Below are positions 10,458-20,875 of a stretch of 64,000 nucleotides of DNA, in pieces; the first letter of the stretch is position 1, and each line of letters opens with the position of its first letter. Origin of the DNA: Desulfobulbaceae bacterium (lineage in GTDB: Bacteria; Desulfobacterota; Desulfobulbia; Desulfobulbales; Desulfobulbaceae). Under the pieces are notes generated by a model, which saw only the letters and a program-made list of their open reading frames with translations, did not search any database and had not been told where the DNA came from. Location of the stretch: assembly GCA_024763055.1 (NCBI GenBank), contig JANTGH010000001.1, positions 877 through 64,876 of the forward strand, in the 5' to 3' direction. Made by a program: the position numbers and the translations under genes.

Positions 10458-12179
10458 ATGAAAAAAATTGGACTGTTATTCCTTGGCACTTTTTTATTAG
10501 GTGCGGGTGTGGCATATTTTTTCTTACGCGCGCCGGTTACGGCAACCGACACGGCTTATGCCGAGTATCTGCCTGCTGATACCCTGGCAATTATGAGCCT
10601 GCGTGACCTGAGCGGATTGACCGATCTCTTTCCCGGGACCGCCCTGGGACATTTTCTTTCCAAGGAAACCATGGCTGCCATCCTCAATGATATGCAGGTA
10701 GGGGCCGAGGCTGTCGTTGATTATGAAAAGAGCTGCGATCAGGTGTTTTCTGTTTTGCATAATCCAGCCTTTCGCATGGTTTTTGGGGATGATGTCGAGT
10801 TGGCCTGGCTCACCGTTGACCCGGAAAAAATGTCTGCCGATCCGCAAGAGTTCATTGAGCAGTCACTCATCATTCTGGCAACCACCACCTCAGGCAAGGC
10901 CCTGGAAACCTTTGCTCATGCCTTGCTGCACAAAGATGTCGATACGATAAAAAGCGGTGACTTGGAGCTGACGAGAATTCGTCTTGATGCCGGAAATCAT
11001 GTTTACGCCTATAGCGAGGGCAGCCGGTTGCTGCTCGCCCTTGATCCTGTTGTTATCTCGCGCTGTGTTGCCGTCAAGGATACGGGGAACACCCTGCAGC
11101 AGGAGAAAAACTTTATCGCTGCCGTTGAGCTTTGGCAGGCTTCATCTCTGCAAAAAACCTATAGTCGGGAATTTGTTCAGCTTGACCGGTTAAGTCCATA
11201 TCTGGGCAGGGCAAAGGACAAGGACCTCAGGCAGGTCGGTCGTTATCTGCAGGGGATGGAGTTCGTCGCCTCAACGGGTGGCCGGATTGCAGGGGGCTGG
11301 AAGGTTGAATCCACCGGCAGATATTCTTATGATGAGCTTGATCCGGCTGTCAGGGAAGTGATAGATGCAAAAAGCGACAAAAATACCAGTCTGCATCTCC
11401 TGCTGGGTAATCCTTTGTTCTATAGCTGGTCGTCGAGTCTTGGGGTTTCTAACCTTTTGCAGGGCCTGTCTGCCACTGATGCTGCGGAATATAAAAAACT
11501 GGATCGCAGGCTGCAGAAGGAGTTTGACCTTTCTCTGGCTCAGATTACAGGCGCCTTTGGTCCCCAATACGGTATGGTTTTAAAAAAGATCGTCCAGGGA
11601 GGCCTGTTTCCGTTGCCCAGGATCGTTCTTTTTGTCCAGATCAGGGATCATAAGGTTGCCGGGGCCCTGCTTGACCGAATTCGACAAAAGGCGGCGGATC
11701 GGGGTATGAAAGGAGCCCAAACGGAACAGGTCGGCCCCTACACCCTGTATTCCTGGGCGTTGCTCCCCGGTGAGGCCACACAGCCGGCCTTTGTTTTAAC
11801 AACAGATATGCTGTATTTCGCCAATGGCCCTTCAAGTCTTAAACAAGTACTTGACATGGAAAAGGACCGGGCCAGGTTGCCGGAACAGGTTGCCGCAAAA
11901 CTCGGGGCTCCACTTGCCGATCAGGTACGGCAGGCCAATAACGGTGCTTTTATCTTTTGGCCTGATCGTTTTGCCGCCCAGGTGAAAGGGGCTGCTGACT
12001 GGCTGGCCGGAATTGTTGCCGCGTCGCAGGGAAAATCCATAGCAAGATTGAAGGATGAACTTCTTTTATTGATGCAGTCGACGGAGAAAGCGGTTTTGGT
12101 TTCGGATATTTTTGTTGATCATGGCAGGGCGATGATGACATTTAAGGAAAAAAAGAAAAAAGAGGCGGCTGTTCGATGA
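10458..12179 (+). CDS. Hypothetical signal-anchored/secreted protein
   Basis: Starts MKKIGLLFLGTFLLGAGVAYFF, preceded by GGAGGG. The track ORF begins at 10404 inside the ABC-F gene. No domain recognised. Confidence 0.55.
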   Translation: MKKIGLLFLGTFLLGAGVAYFFLRAPVTATDTAYAEYLPADTLAIMSLRDLSGLTDLFPGTALGHFLSKETMAAILNDMQVGAEAVVDYEKSCDQVFSVLHNPAFRMVFGDDVELAWLTVDPEKMSADPQEFIEQSLIILATTTSGKALETFAHALLHKDVDTIKSGDLELTRIRLDAGNHVYAYSEGSRLLLALDPVVISRCVAVKDTGNTLQQEKNFIAAVELWQASSLQKTYSREFVQLDRLSPYLGRAKDKDLRQVGRYLQGMEFVASTGGRIAGGWKVESTGRYSYDELDPAVREVIDAKSDKNTSLHLLLGNPLFYSWSSSLGVSNLLQGLSATDAAEYKKLDRRLQKEFDLSLAQITGAFGPQYGMVLKKIVQGGLFPLPRIVLFVQIRDHKVAGALLDRIRQKAADRGMKGAQTEQVGPYTLYSWALLPGEATQPAFVLTTDMLYFANGPSSLKQVLDMEKDRARLPEQVAAKLGAPLADQVRQANNGAFIFWPDRFAAQVKGAADWLAGIVAASQGKSIARLKDELLLLMQSTEKAVLVSDIFVDHGRAMMTFKEKKKKEAAVR

Positions 12180-12505
12180 AACGCATTTTCTCTGCGAAAA
12201 ATTGTTGCCCGGTGGTGGGGTTTTGGAGTAACTATGCGAGATTATGAAAAGGTGATGTGATTCTTAATGAAACTCAGTAAAAAAATGACTTTTTCCTTTT
12301 GACGTCCCAGTAGAGAATGGATTCCCGCTCAACAGACTGCGGGAATGACTAAGTGGGGAATACAGTGGGATGACAATTAATCAACCCGGCGTCACTCCCC
12401 GCGCAGGCGGGAGTCCGGAAGGCTATCAGCTGAGTTTGGTAGAGCCACTAAAGGTGATAATGCTGCCGGGCGTTGAAAAAATAATGTTCCATAAAGGAGA
12501 AATCT

Positions 12506-14320
12506 GTGGCTTTTGATGAAAATGACAATAAACTCTGGTTGTCGGGTAACGAGGCAATAGCGCTTGGTGCCTGGGAGGCTGGAGTTACAGTAGCCTCCGG
12601 CTACCCCGGTACCCCATCGACAGAGATTATGGGCAACCTGGTTAAATATGACGGGGTGTATGGTGAGTGGGCGCCCAACGAGAAAGTAGGGCTGGAGGTC
12701 GCCATTGGCGCCTCTTTTGCAGGTGTCCGGGCCTTTGCCACCATGAAGCATGTCGGTCTTAATGTCGCTGCCGATCCTCTGTTTACCGCATCCTACACTG
12801 GTGGCCGCGGAGGTCTTGTGGTGTTGACCGCTGATGATCCGCAGATGCACAGTTCGCAGAATGAGCAGGACAACCGCAATTATGCCTTTGCCGCCAAGCT
12901 GCCCATGCTTGAGCCTTCCGATCCGGCAGAGGCCAAGGTCATGATGCGTACGGCTTTTGAGCTGTCGGAGCGCCTTGATACTCCGGTTCTGCTTCGGACA
13001 ACTACGCGAGTCGCCCATGTCAAGGGGGTTGTTGAAAAGGGAGAACGGGTGGCAACGGCATCCGCTTCGTTAGAAAAGATGCCGGCAAAGTTTGTCATGT
13101 TGCCCGGTAATGCCCGCATGCGACGGGCTGAGGTGGAAAACCGGATGATTGCTGCTCGGGAGCTTGCGGAAACGCTGCCGGAAAATCGAATTGAACAGGG
13201 CAGTGGACCGCGTGGATTTATCTGTGCCGGCACCTCGTATAACTATGTCAAGGAGGCCTTTCCCGATGCTCCGGTTCTGAAGCTGGGCATGGTCTGGCCG
13301 CTGCCGGAAACCATGATTCGTGATTTTGCGGCCTCGGTTGAAGAGCTCATTGTCGTTGAAGAGCTTGACCCCTTTCTTGAGACCCATATCAGGGCCATGG
13401 GCATTGACTGCCGCGGTAAAGACCTGATTCCCGATCAGGGCGAGTTGAATTCCTTTATTGTCCGCAAGGCTGTTGATCCTGATTCGGTGGGAGATATCTT
13501 TGCTCCCCTTGATCTACCCATGCGACCGCCCAATATGTGTGCCGGTTGTCCCCACCGTGGCATTTTTTATGGTCTATCCCGGTTGAAGGAAGTTTTTGTT
13601 TCCGGGGATATCGGCTGTTATACCCTGGGCTTTCTGCCGCCGCTGTCTGCCATGGATTCCTGTGTCTGCATGGGCGCCTCGGTGACCGTGGCCCACGGTA
13701 TGAGCAAAGCCCTTGGCGAAGAGGGCAAAGGCAAGGTGGTGGCTGTGCTTGGTGATTCAACCTTTATGCATTCGGGTATGACCGGCCTGCTTAATACTGT
13801 CTATAATGAGTCATATGCGACCGTGATTATCCTTGACAACCGAACAACTGCCATGACCGGTCATCAGCAGAATCCTGCTTCCGGCAAGAACATCAAGGGT
13901 GAGCCGGCTCATGCCGTTAACCTGGAAAAACTCTGCGAATCCCTTGGCGTGCCAAGGATCGTTGTGGTCAACCCGCATGAAATAAATGAAACCCGCAAGG
14001 TGCTCAAGGAGGAGATCGCTTCTCCCGATCCTTCGGTGATTATCAGCAGGGCGCCCTGTGTACTGCTGCCGGAAATGGTTAAAGCCAAAAAACCGGTTTA
14101 TTGTACAAATCTTGATAACTGCAGCGGCTGCATGGCCTGCGTGCGATTGGGCTGTCCGGCCATAAGCTGGCATCCGTTGACGCCAACGCAGGCAGTGGAT
14201 CGCGGGTATAAGAAAAAACAAAAAGGTTATGCCGAGATTGCCGAGGTACAGTGTAACGGTTGCGGGCAGTGTGCCGAGCTCTGTAAGTTTGAGGCAATCA
14301 GCAAAAGGGAGGAGAACTGA
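12506..14320 (+). CDS. iorA: Indolepyruvate:ferredoxin oxidoreductase, alpha subunit
   Basis: TPP-binding block GDSTFMHSG and a C-terminal 2x[4Fe-4S] region (CSGCMACVRLGCP, CNGCGQCAELC). GTG start with AAGGAG upstream. Confidence 0.9.
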   Translation: MAFDENDNKLWLSGNEAIALGAWEAGVTVASGYPGTPSTEIMGNLVKYDGVYGEWAPNEKVGLEVAIGASFAGVRAFATMKHVGLNVAADPLFTASYTGGRGGLVVLTADDPQMHSSQNEQDNRNYAFAAKLPMLEPSDPAEAKVMMRTAFELSERLDTPVLLRTTTRVAHVKGVVEKGERVATASASLEKMPAKFVMLPGNARMRRAEVENRMIAARELAETLPENRIEQGSGPRGFICAGTSYNYVKEAFPDAPVLKLGMVWPLPETMIRDFAASVEELIVVEELDPFLETHIRAMGIDCRGKDLIPDQGELNSFIVRKAVDPDSVGDIFAPLDLPMRPPNMCAGCPHRGIFYGLSRLKEVFVSGDIGCYTLGFLPPLSAMDSCVCMGASVTVAHGMSKALGEEGKGKVVAVLGDSTFMHSGMTGLLNTVYNESYATVIILDNRTTAMTGHQQNPASGKNIKGEPAHAVNLEKLCESLGVPRIVVVNPHEINETRKVLKEEIASPDPSVIISRAPCVLLPEMVKAKKPVYCTNLDNCSGCMACVRLGCPAISWHPLTPTQAVDRGYKKKQKGYAEIAEVQCNGCGQCAELCKFEAISKREEN

Positions 14321-14907
14321 TGAAACAGAGTGGAAATATTCTCTTCTCCGGAGTCGGTGGCCAGGGTATTCTGCTGGCCAGTGAACTCACGGCTTATGCC
14401 CAGCTTGAGGCAGGATTTGATGTGAAAAAGAGCGAGGTGCACGGGATGGCCCAACGGGGAGGCTCCGTTGAAGCGCATCTGCGTTATGGTGAGCGGGTGT
14501 ATTCACCCCTGATCGATCCGGGCACGGCCGACATCCTGGTGGCCTTTGAAATTCTGGAAGCGGCCCGTTACCTGCCCTATCTGCACAGGGACAGTGCTGT
14601 GGTGGTCAATACCCAGAAGATTCTGCCGCCGGCGGTGGCTCTTGGTAAAATGGCGTATCCCGACAATATCCTGGACGAATTAACCGATCGCGGTATCAAT
14701 GTGGTGGCCATTGACGCCTTTGCGGTCGCCAAAGAGGTCGGTGAATTACGAACGGCCAACGTGGCCATGGTCGGGGCCATGTCCAATTTTCTTGCCGTCG
14801 GTCCTCAGGCCTTTCTTGATGTGATTGACGAAAAAGTCAAACCCGCTTTTCGCGAGGTGAACAAGAAGGCTTTCAAGGCGGGAAGAAAATTAGTTTATCA
14901 CAATTGA
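14320..14907 (+). CDS. iorB: Indolepyruvate:ferredoxin oxidoreductase, beta subunit
   Basis: 195-aa POR-gamma-type domain (GVGGQGILLAS...HGMAQRGG). Its start overlaps the iorA stop. Confidence 0.9.
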   Translation: MKQSGNILFSGVGGQGILLASELTAYAQLEAGFDVKKSEVHGMAQRGGSVEAHLRYGERVYSPLIDPGTADILVAFEILEAARYLPYLHRDSAVVVNTQKILPPAVALGKMAYPDNILDELTDRGINVVAIDAFAVAKEVGELRTANVAMVGAMSNFLAVGPQAFLDVIDEKVKPAFREVNKKAFKAGRKLVYHN

Positions 14908-14922
14908 ATAAAGAGGGAAGCA

Positions 14923-16230
14923 ATGAATATGATGCGGGTTGAGGAAATAGAAACACTGCCGCGGACCGGGCTGGAATCCATCCAGCTGCAGCGGCTGCAG
15001 CGTTTGGTTCATCGGGTCTATGAGACTGTTGCTCCTTACCGGGTAAAAATGGATGCGGCCGGGGTTAAACCCGACGATATCCAGTCCCTGGCCGATTTGA
15101 AAAAACTTCCCTTTACCACCAAGGATGACCTGCGGGACAATTATCCGTTTGGCCTGTTTACGGTGCCGATGGATGATGTCGTTCGGGTCCATGCCTCGTC
15201 CGGGACAACCGGCAAACCGACCGTGGTCGGCTATACCAGGGGCGACATTGAAATGTGGGCTTCGGTTATGGCCCGGGCCCTGTCCATGGCCGGGGTGACC
15301 AAAGGCGACATGATTCATAATGCCTATGGTTATGGCCTGTTTACCGGCGGTCTTGGCGCCCATTACGGGGCCGAATATCTGGGAGCCACGGTGATCCCCG
15401 TGTCCGGCGGCAATACCAAACGGCAGATTACCATTATGCGCGATTTCGGCTCCACGGTTTTGTTGGCCACGCCTTCCTATGCCCTGAATCTGGCCGATGC
15501 CATGATTGATGTGGGTGTTCATCCCGAAGAACTCAAACTACGGGTTGGCATTCATGGTGCCGAGCCCTGGAGTGAGAACATGCGGGAAGAGGTGGAACGA
15601 AAATTAGGGATCAGAGCTGTTGATATCTATGGTCTTTCCGAGGTGATTGGGCCCGGGGTGGCCATGGAATGTCTCGAGACCGACCGGGGTATGCATATCC
15701 TCGAAGACCATTTCCTGCCGGAAATTGTCGATCCCGACACCTTTGAGCCTCTTCCCTATGGCGAGTCCGGAGAATTGGTCTTCACGACGCTTACCAAGGA
15801 GGCCTTTCCGATCATTCGTTACCGGACCAAGGACCTCTCCCGTCTGATTGTCGAGCCCTGTAAATGCGGACGTACCCTGGTGCGGATGGAAAAGGTCACC
15901 GGTCGTACGGATGATATGTTGATCATTCGCGGGGTAAATGTCTTTCCGTCCCAGGTTGAGCATGTACTGATGGGGATCAAAGGTGTGGAACCCCACTATC
16001 AGATTGAAGTGAATCGTGAGGGTAACCTGGATACCATGGCCGTATTGGTCGAAGTCAGTGATCAGGTTTTTTCCGATGAGGTCAAGGTTTTGGAAAACCT
16101 GACTAAAAAAATTCAGGTAGAGATCAAGGATCTGCTTGGGGTTACCTGCAAGGTTAAACTGGTTGAGCCTCGAACAATAAAACGTTCCGAAGGTAAGGCT
16201 CAGCGGGTCATTGATAATCGTACATTGTAA
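14923..16230 (+). CDS. paaK: Phenylacetate-CoA ligase family (arylacetate-CoA ligase), paralogue 1
   Basis: AMP-binding motif SSGTTGKPT, plus the YGLSE and IIRGVNVFP blocks typical of PaaK. Confidence 0.9.
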   Translation: MNMMRVEEIETLPRTGLESIQLQRLQRLVHRVYETVAPYRVKMDAAGVKPDDIQSLADLKKLPFTTKDDLRDNYPFGLFTVPMDDVVRVHASSGTTGKPTVVGYTRGDIEMWASVMARALSMAGVTKGDMIHNAYGYGLFTGGLGAHYGAEYLGATVIPVSGGNTKRQITIMRDFGSTVLLATPSYALNLADAMIDVGVHPEELKLRVGIHGAEPWSENMREEVERKLGIRAVDIYGLSEVIGPGVAMECLETDRGMHILEDHFLPEIVDPDTFEPLPYGESGELVFTTLTKEAFPIIRYRTKDLSRLIVEPCKCGRTLVRMEKVTGRTDDMLIIRGVNVFPSQVEHVLMGIKGVEPHYQIEVNREGNLDTMAVLVEVSDQVFSDEVKVLENLTKKIQVEIKDLLGVTCKVKLVEPRTIKRSEGKAQRVIDNRTL

Positions 16231-16274
16231 ACACGGTATTTAAAGATCAGAATTCAAACCCGGAGGGTTTGTCC

Positions 16275-16706
16275 ATGCGTGTAGAACAGATTGCAGTTTT
16301 TTTGGAAAACAAATCGGGCCGTCTTGCTGAAATAACCGGAATTTTGGCGGAAAATGAAATAAATATCAGGGCGTTGTCCGTGGCGGATACCGCTGATTTC
16401 GGCATCCTGCGTCTTATTGTCAACAAGGTGGATCTGGCCAGAAAGGTTTTAAAAGAAAATGGTTTTACTGTGGGGAAAACCAATGTCATTGCCGTTGAGG
16501 TTCCTGACCAGGCTGGTGGTCTGGCCGGTGTCTTAAAGACTGTTGAAACGGAAGGACTGAATGTGGAATATATGTATGCCTTTGTCAATAAGACCGGCGA
16601 GAATGCAGTCCTGATTTTTCGCTTTGATGAAATGGACAAGGCGATACAAAGCCTGCAGAAGGCGGGACTGACGCTTTTGTCCGGCGAGCAGGTTTGTGCG
16701 CTGTAA
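16275..16706 (+). CDS. ACT domain protein (tandem ACT, amino-acid binding)
   Basis: About 143 aa with the pattern seen in ACT proteins that accompany iorAB/paaK clusters. The ATG at 16275 follows GGAGGG. Confidence 0.75.
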   Translation: MRVEQIAVFLENKSGRLAEITGILAENEINIRALSVADTADFGILRLIVNKVDLARKVLKENGFTVGKTNVIAVEVPDQAGGLAGVLKTVETEGLNVEYMYAFVNKTGENAVLIFRFDEMDKAIQSLQKAGLTLLSGEQVCAL

Positions 16707-16797
16707 GACTGGAGAACAGAAATTAGAGGTAGAAGATAGGGTACAATGTGCCGCCTGTGGCGGATGTTTTTAATATTTACGAAAAGGGGGAAGTGAC

Positions 16798-17946
16798 GTG
16801 AAAAGACTTGGGACAAAAATTATTATAGGCGCAGCAGCTTTTTGTATGCTGGCCCTGCCTGTTCAGGCTGAAACTCTTAAAGTCGGCGCTATTTTTGCCG
16901 TAACCGGCGGTGCTTCGTTTTTAGGCGGTCCTGAGGCCCGTTCTGCGGAGATGGTTGTTGAGGCGGTCAATAAGGCCGGCGGCATCGGTGGCAAAAAAAT
17001 TGAATTGATTGTTAAGGATTCAGGCGCCAACCCGGAGAAGGCCATCTCTTTTGCCAAGCAGTTAATCGAAGAGGAAAAGGTACTGGCCATCATCGGACCC
17101 TCCACCTCCGGTGAGTCCATGAAAATTAAAAAAATAGCCGAACAGGGGAAAACAACCCTTATTTCCTGCGGCGCTGCCGAGGTCATTGTTAATCCTGTGG
17201 CAAGTTATGTGTTCAAGACTCCGCAGAAAGACTCCTTTGCCGTTAAAAAAATCTATGCTGAAATGAAGAAGATGGGGATCAGCAAAATTGCCGTTGTTGC
17301 CGGCAACACCGGGTTCGGCAAAGCCGGTAAGGCCCAGCTGACAAAGATTGCCCCGGAATTCGGCATTGAGGTTCTTGCCGCTGAAACCTATGATAAAAAA
17401 GCAACTGATTTGACCGCCCTGGTGGCCAAGTTGATGGCCAACAAGGATATTCAGGCCGTGGTCAACTGGTCAATCGTTCCTGCCCAGGCCATTATTGCTA
17501 AAAATATGCGGCAGGCGGGCTGGCAGGTTCCCTTGTTTCAGAGTCATGGTTTTGGCAATATAAAATATGTCCAGGCAGCAGGTGCTGCCGCTGAAGGCAT
17601 CATTTTTCCGGCAGGTCGCCTGCTGGTTGCCGATTCCCTGCCCGACTCCGATCCTCAGAAAAAGATGCTGTTGAAGTACAAACATGATTATGAATCCAGG
17701 TATAAGGAAGCCGCCTCCACATTTGGTGGCCATGGATACGATGCCATGAATATTCTGATTGCCGCTATTGAAAACGGTGGCGCTGATCGAGCAAAGATCC
17801 GTGAGGCTATAGAAAAACTGAACGGATTTCCGGGAACCGGCGGCGTGTTCAGCTTTTCCCCGGAAGACCATAATGGTCTCGATATCAATTCTTTTGTCAT
17901 GTTGACTGTAAAAGACGGTAAATTCGTCCTCTACAACAGTAAATAA
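16798..17946 (+). CDS. livK: Branched-chain/hydrophobic amino acid ABC transporter substrate-binding protein
   Basis: Signal peptide followed by a type-I periplasmic binding fold (LKVGAIFAVTGGASFLG...). It heads a livHMGF set. Confidence 0.9.
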   Translation: MKRLGTKIIIGAAAFCMLALPVQAETLKVGAIFAVTGGASFLGGPEARSAEMVVEAVNKAGGIGGKKIELIVKDSGANPEKAISFAKQLIEEEKVLAIIGPSTSGESMKIKKIAEQGKTTLISCGAAEVIVNPVASYVFKTPQKDSFAVKKIYAEMKKMGISKIAVVAGNTGFGKAGKAQLTKIAPEFGIEVLAAETYDKKATDLTALVAKLMANKDIQAVVNWSIVPAQAIIAKNMRQAGWQVPLFQSHGFGNIKYVQAAGAAAEGIIFPAGRLLVADSLPDSDPQKKMLLKYKHDYESRYKEAASTFGGHGYDAMNILIAAIENGGADRAKIREAIEKLNGFPGTGGVFSFSPEDHNGLDINSFVMLTVKDGKFVLYNSK

Positions 17947-17970
17947 ATTGAGGACACAGGAAGTGATATG

Positions 17971-18003
17971 ACGGGCAGCGCTTTCTCTGCCCGTCTTTTT
18001 TTT
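17971..18003 (+). terminator. Rho-independent terminator after livK
   Basis: ACGGGCAG-cgctttct-CTGCCCGT followed by a long T-run. Confidence 0.75.
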
Positions 18004-18022
18004 GATCTTTTTTATTTTTTTT

Positions 18023-18179
18023 TGATTACCATCATTCCTCAGAAACAAGGGATAACATCGCTGTTTTCATGATGCGGGCTCAATAGACACAGTGTTTGCC
18101 TTTGAGTTTATGTTGATATTTTTTGTATTGGAGTGATGTTATCCCTGATTCCGGCTCCGCTGAATTTTGGTGGTAATCA
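18023..18179. repeat. 157-bp palindromic element with nested inverted repeats
   Basis: Outer IR TGATTACCATCA / TGGTGGTAATCA. Inner perfect 11-bp IR GGGATAACATC (18049-18059) / GATGTTATCCC (18135-18145). Confidence 0.5.
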
Positions 18180-18195
18180 TGATTATTTTTTTATT

Positions 18196-18372
18196 ACCTA
18201 AATCCTGCAGTTATTCGTGCACAGAGAACGTTGAGACAGATGCAGATACAAGGAGGCAAGCGAATTTCGGCACAGGTGTACTGTTGGTACATCGAGCACG
18301 AAATTGGTGAAGCCGACACAGTAGATGTGCCTGTATCGACGTTCGAATGCCGGATGACTGCAGGATTTAGGT
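18196..18372. mobile_element. 177-bp MITE-like palindromic element, copy A
   Basis: Terminal inverted repeats ACCTAAATCCTGCAGT / ACTGCAGGATTTAGGT with extended imperfect arm complementarity. A near-identical inverted copy lies at 28185-28361. Confidence 0.7.
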
Positions 18373-18416
18373 ATAATGCTTCTTCGGCTTCCGTCTTCTG
18401 ACTTCTGTTTTCCACT

Positions 18417-19307
18417 ATGACCCAGGCCCTGTTTTTTCAATATCTGTTTGCCGGTATCAGCTATGGCGTTATTTATGCTATCGTCGCCATCGGTTTTAAT
18501 ATTATTTATAATACCACCGGCATAATCAATTTTGCCCAGGGCGAATTCGTCATGCTTGGCGGTATGATTTCCATTTCTCTTCTGCAGTTTGTTCCTCTGC
18601 CGGTTGCCATAGCACTGGCGGTTTTAATTACCATGCTGGTCGGAGCCCTGATAGAAATTGTTTTTATCCGCTGGCTTGACAAGCCGTCCGTTTTACGGAT
18701 GATCATTATTACCATCGGTCTCTCCATTCTTATTCGCGAGGTCGCTCTCCATATCTGGGGGGAATCCATCCGTTCTCTACCTTATTTTGTCGGTAACGAA
18801 CTGACGACTGTTTCCTTTGGTGCTGTGCGCATTTCTCCACAGGTACTCTGGGTTGTCGGTGTTTGCGGAATCATGGTCCTGGGACTCAGTCTGTTTTTTA
18901 AGATGACTTCAGTCGGCCGGGAAATGCGTGCCTGTTCGGCCAACCGAACGGCAGCAATGCTCTGCGGTATTAATACCCGCAACATGGTGACTCTTTCTTT
19001 CATTCTTAGTGCCGGTATTGGTGCCCTTGCCGGCTGCGTCATGTCGCCGATCACTTATACCCAGTACGACTCAGGAACAAGTCTGGCCATCAAGGGGTTT
19101 ACAGTGGCAATTTTAGGAGGTTTGGGTAATTCCATGGGTGCGGTGGCCGCAGGGATTCTCCTTGGCATTATTGAAGCCTATTCCGTGGCCGTTGTGCCGC
19201 TGGCTTTTCAGGATGCTATCTCTATTGCTATTCTGCTGATTATTCTCTTTGTCCGTCCCTACGGCATTTTTGGTTCAAGCACCGCAGCACGCCTGACGGA
19301 GTTTTAG
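18417..19307 (+). CDS. livH: Branched-chain amino acid ABC transporter permease
   Basis: 296-aa polytopic membrane protein of the LivH type. Confidence 0.9.
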   Translation: MTQALFFQYLFAGISYGVIYAIVAIGFNIIYNTTGIINFAQGEFVMLGGMISISLLQFVPLPVAIALAVLITMLVGALIEIVFIRWLDKPSVLRMIIITIGLSILIREVALHIWGESIRSLPYFVGNELTTVSFGAVRISPQVLWVVGVCGIMVLGLSLFFKMTSVGREMRACSANRTAAMLCGINTRNMVTLSFILSAGIGALAGCVMSPITYTQYDSGTSLAIKGFTVAILGGLGNSMGAVAAGILLGIIEAYSVAVVPLAFQDAISIAILLIILFVRPYGIFGSSTAARLTEF

Positions 19308-19309
19308 AA

Positions 19310-20392
19310 ATGAAGAGCTCAAAACTCTTGAAAATAGGTTGTCTGTTCGGTCTGGTGATCGGGATCCAGGTTCTGACAACGCTTACCGATACCCGTTTTT
19401 ATCTGACCCAGTTGACCATGTCGGCTTACTATGCCCTGCTGGTTATCGGCCTTGCCGTGGTCATGGGCTATGCCGGGCAGATTTCCCTTGGCCATGCCGG
19501 TTTTTTTGCCATCGGCGGTTACCTGTCGGCGGCCCTCACTACCCATAATCTGGTCGGTTTACAGGGAAATCCAGTGATTCATGGACTGGGCAACCTTGGC
19601 ATGCTGGTATCCGGCCAGGATATTTATGGGGAGCAGCTACTGGTGATGGCACCCTGGGCGGCCTGTATTCTTGCCGTGTTCATGGCGGCCATAATCGCTT
19701 TTATTATCGGTATCCCAGTCCTCAAGCTGAAAGGGCATTATCTGGCCATGGCCACTCTGGGTTTTGGGATTATTATTTTTAGAATCGGGCTGGCAACAGA
19801 ATATTTTGGGGAGGCGGATGGTATCTCTGAGGTGCCCGGTTTTACCCTGTTGCCGGCCATTGGATCGTTTGGGCCGATCAGTGTCAGCGGCGATTTCGGT
19901 CTGCGGGTGGAAAATTATTATGTGGCCTGGGGCCTGCTCTGCATTGGCTTATGGCTGTTGCTTAATTTGATTGATTCCCGAGTCGGCCGGGCCCTGCGTG
20001 CTATTCATGGATCGGAAGAAGCTGCTGAGGCCGTCGGGATCGACACCGCCGGGTTTAAATTGAAGGTCTTTGTCCTGTCGGCGGTGTATGCCGCCTTTGC
20101 CGGGGTCTTTCTCACCCATTACAATGGTGGAATTGGTCCTTCAGAGGCATCAGTGATGAAATCGGTTCGTTATGTGGCTCTGGTTGCCGTCGGCGGAATG
20201 GCCAATATCTGGGGCACCCTCATCATGGGAGTCGGTTTGACTTTCCTGTCCCTTCGCGGTGTTTTTGGCTCTTTTGATGATGCTGTTTTCGGCGCTATTT
20301 TGATTGTGGTAATGCTTTTTGCGCCGGACGGCATTTTGAGCATGAACGTGAAGGCATTGTTTGCCGGCAAGGGAACCACGGATGAACACTGA
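19310..20392 (+). CDS. livM: Branched-chain amino acid ABC transporter permease
   Basis: 360-aa polytopic membrane protein of the LivM type, 3 nt after livH. Confidence 0.9.
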   Translation: MKSSKLLKIGCLFGLVIGIQVLTTLTDTRFYLTQLTMSAYYALLVIGLAVVMGYAGQISLGHAGFFAIGGYLSAALTTHNLVGLQGNPVIHGLGNLGMLVSGQDIYGEQLLVMAPWAACILAVFMAAIIAFIIGIPVLKLKGHYLAMATLGFGIIIFRIGLATEYFGEADGISEVPGFTLLPAIGSFGPISVSGDFGLRVENYYVAWGLLCIGLWLLLNLIDSRVGRALRAIHGSEEAAEAVGIDTAGFKLKVFVLSAVYAAFAGVFLTHYNGGIGPSEASVMKSVRYVALVAVGGMANIWGTLIMGVGLTFLSLRGVFGSFDDAVFGAILIVVMLFAPDGILSMNVKALFAGKGTTDEH

Positions 20393-20509
20393 TAGAAAAA
20401 TTACCTCTATCGTACCTTGCAAAGATCTGTAAATTAAAAAAATAGACAAAAATAAATGGAAGAGTTATCATCTGTTCATAATTTTTTAGTTTTCGCGGGC
20501 ATGGAATAA

Positions 20510-20866
20510 GTGGCAAAACAAGAGATAGATTTCGGACTTGAAACACTCTTACAACTTGATGGGGAAATATTCCCTATGGATAATGGATTCTGGGTAAAAT
20601 TCAAAGTTCATATTACCCCAAAGAATATACATATCCCTCATGGCGTCAAATATTCTCTCACCTTACATGATGGAGATAACAGAAGAATAGTAGGGTATGA
20701 CAACGCTCACGGAATAAAACCGCCCAAGAAGAAGAAATTCTCAGGAACCAGGCAAATATGGGATCACAAACATCAAAAAACAACTGTGAAGCCTTATGAA
20801 TTTGAAAGTGCGTTTCAATTACTCGAAGACTTCTGGGCTGATGTAAATAACGCTATAATAAAATGA
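20510..20866 (+). CDS. DUF6516-like protein (TumE-type putative toxin)
   Basis: 118 aa with the block HGVKYSLTLHD...IVGYDNAHG...WDHKH...PYEF...LLEDFWADV, which I recognise as the DUF6516/TumE pattern. The gene is AT-rich relative to its flanks. Confidence 0.55.
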   Translation: MAKQEIDFGLETLLQLDGEIFPMDNGFWVKFKVHITPKNIHIPHGVKYSLTLHDGDNRRIVGYDNAHGIKPPKKKKFSGTRQIWDHKHQKTTVKPYEFESAFQLLEDFWADVNNAIIK

Positions 20867-20875
20867 GGGTATACT

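Noticed and set aside
18194-18440. Small ORFs (73-88 aa) spanning the 177-bp elements: 18194-18415, 18198-18440, 28129-28395 and 28247-28498.
   Set aside because: They are generated by the palindromic repeat itself and read in both orientations. They have no RBS and no coding-like composition.
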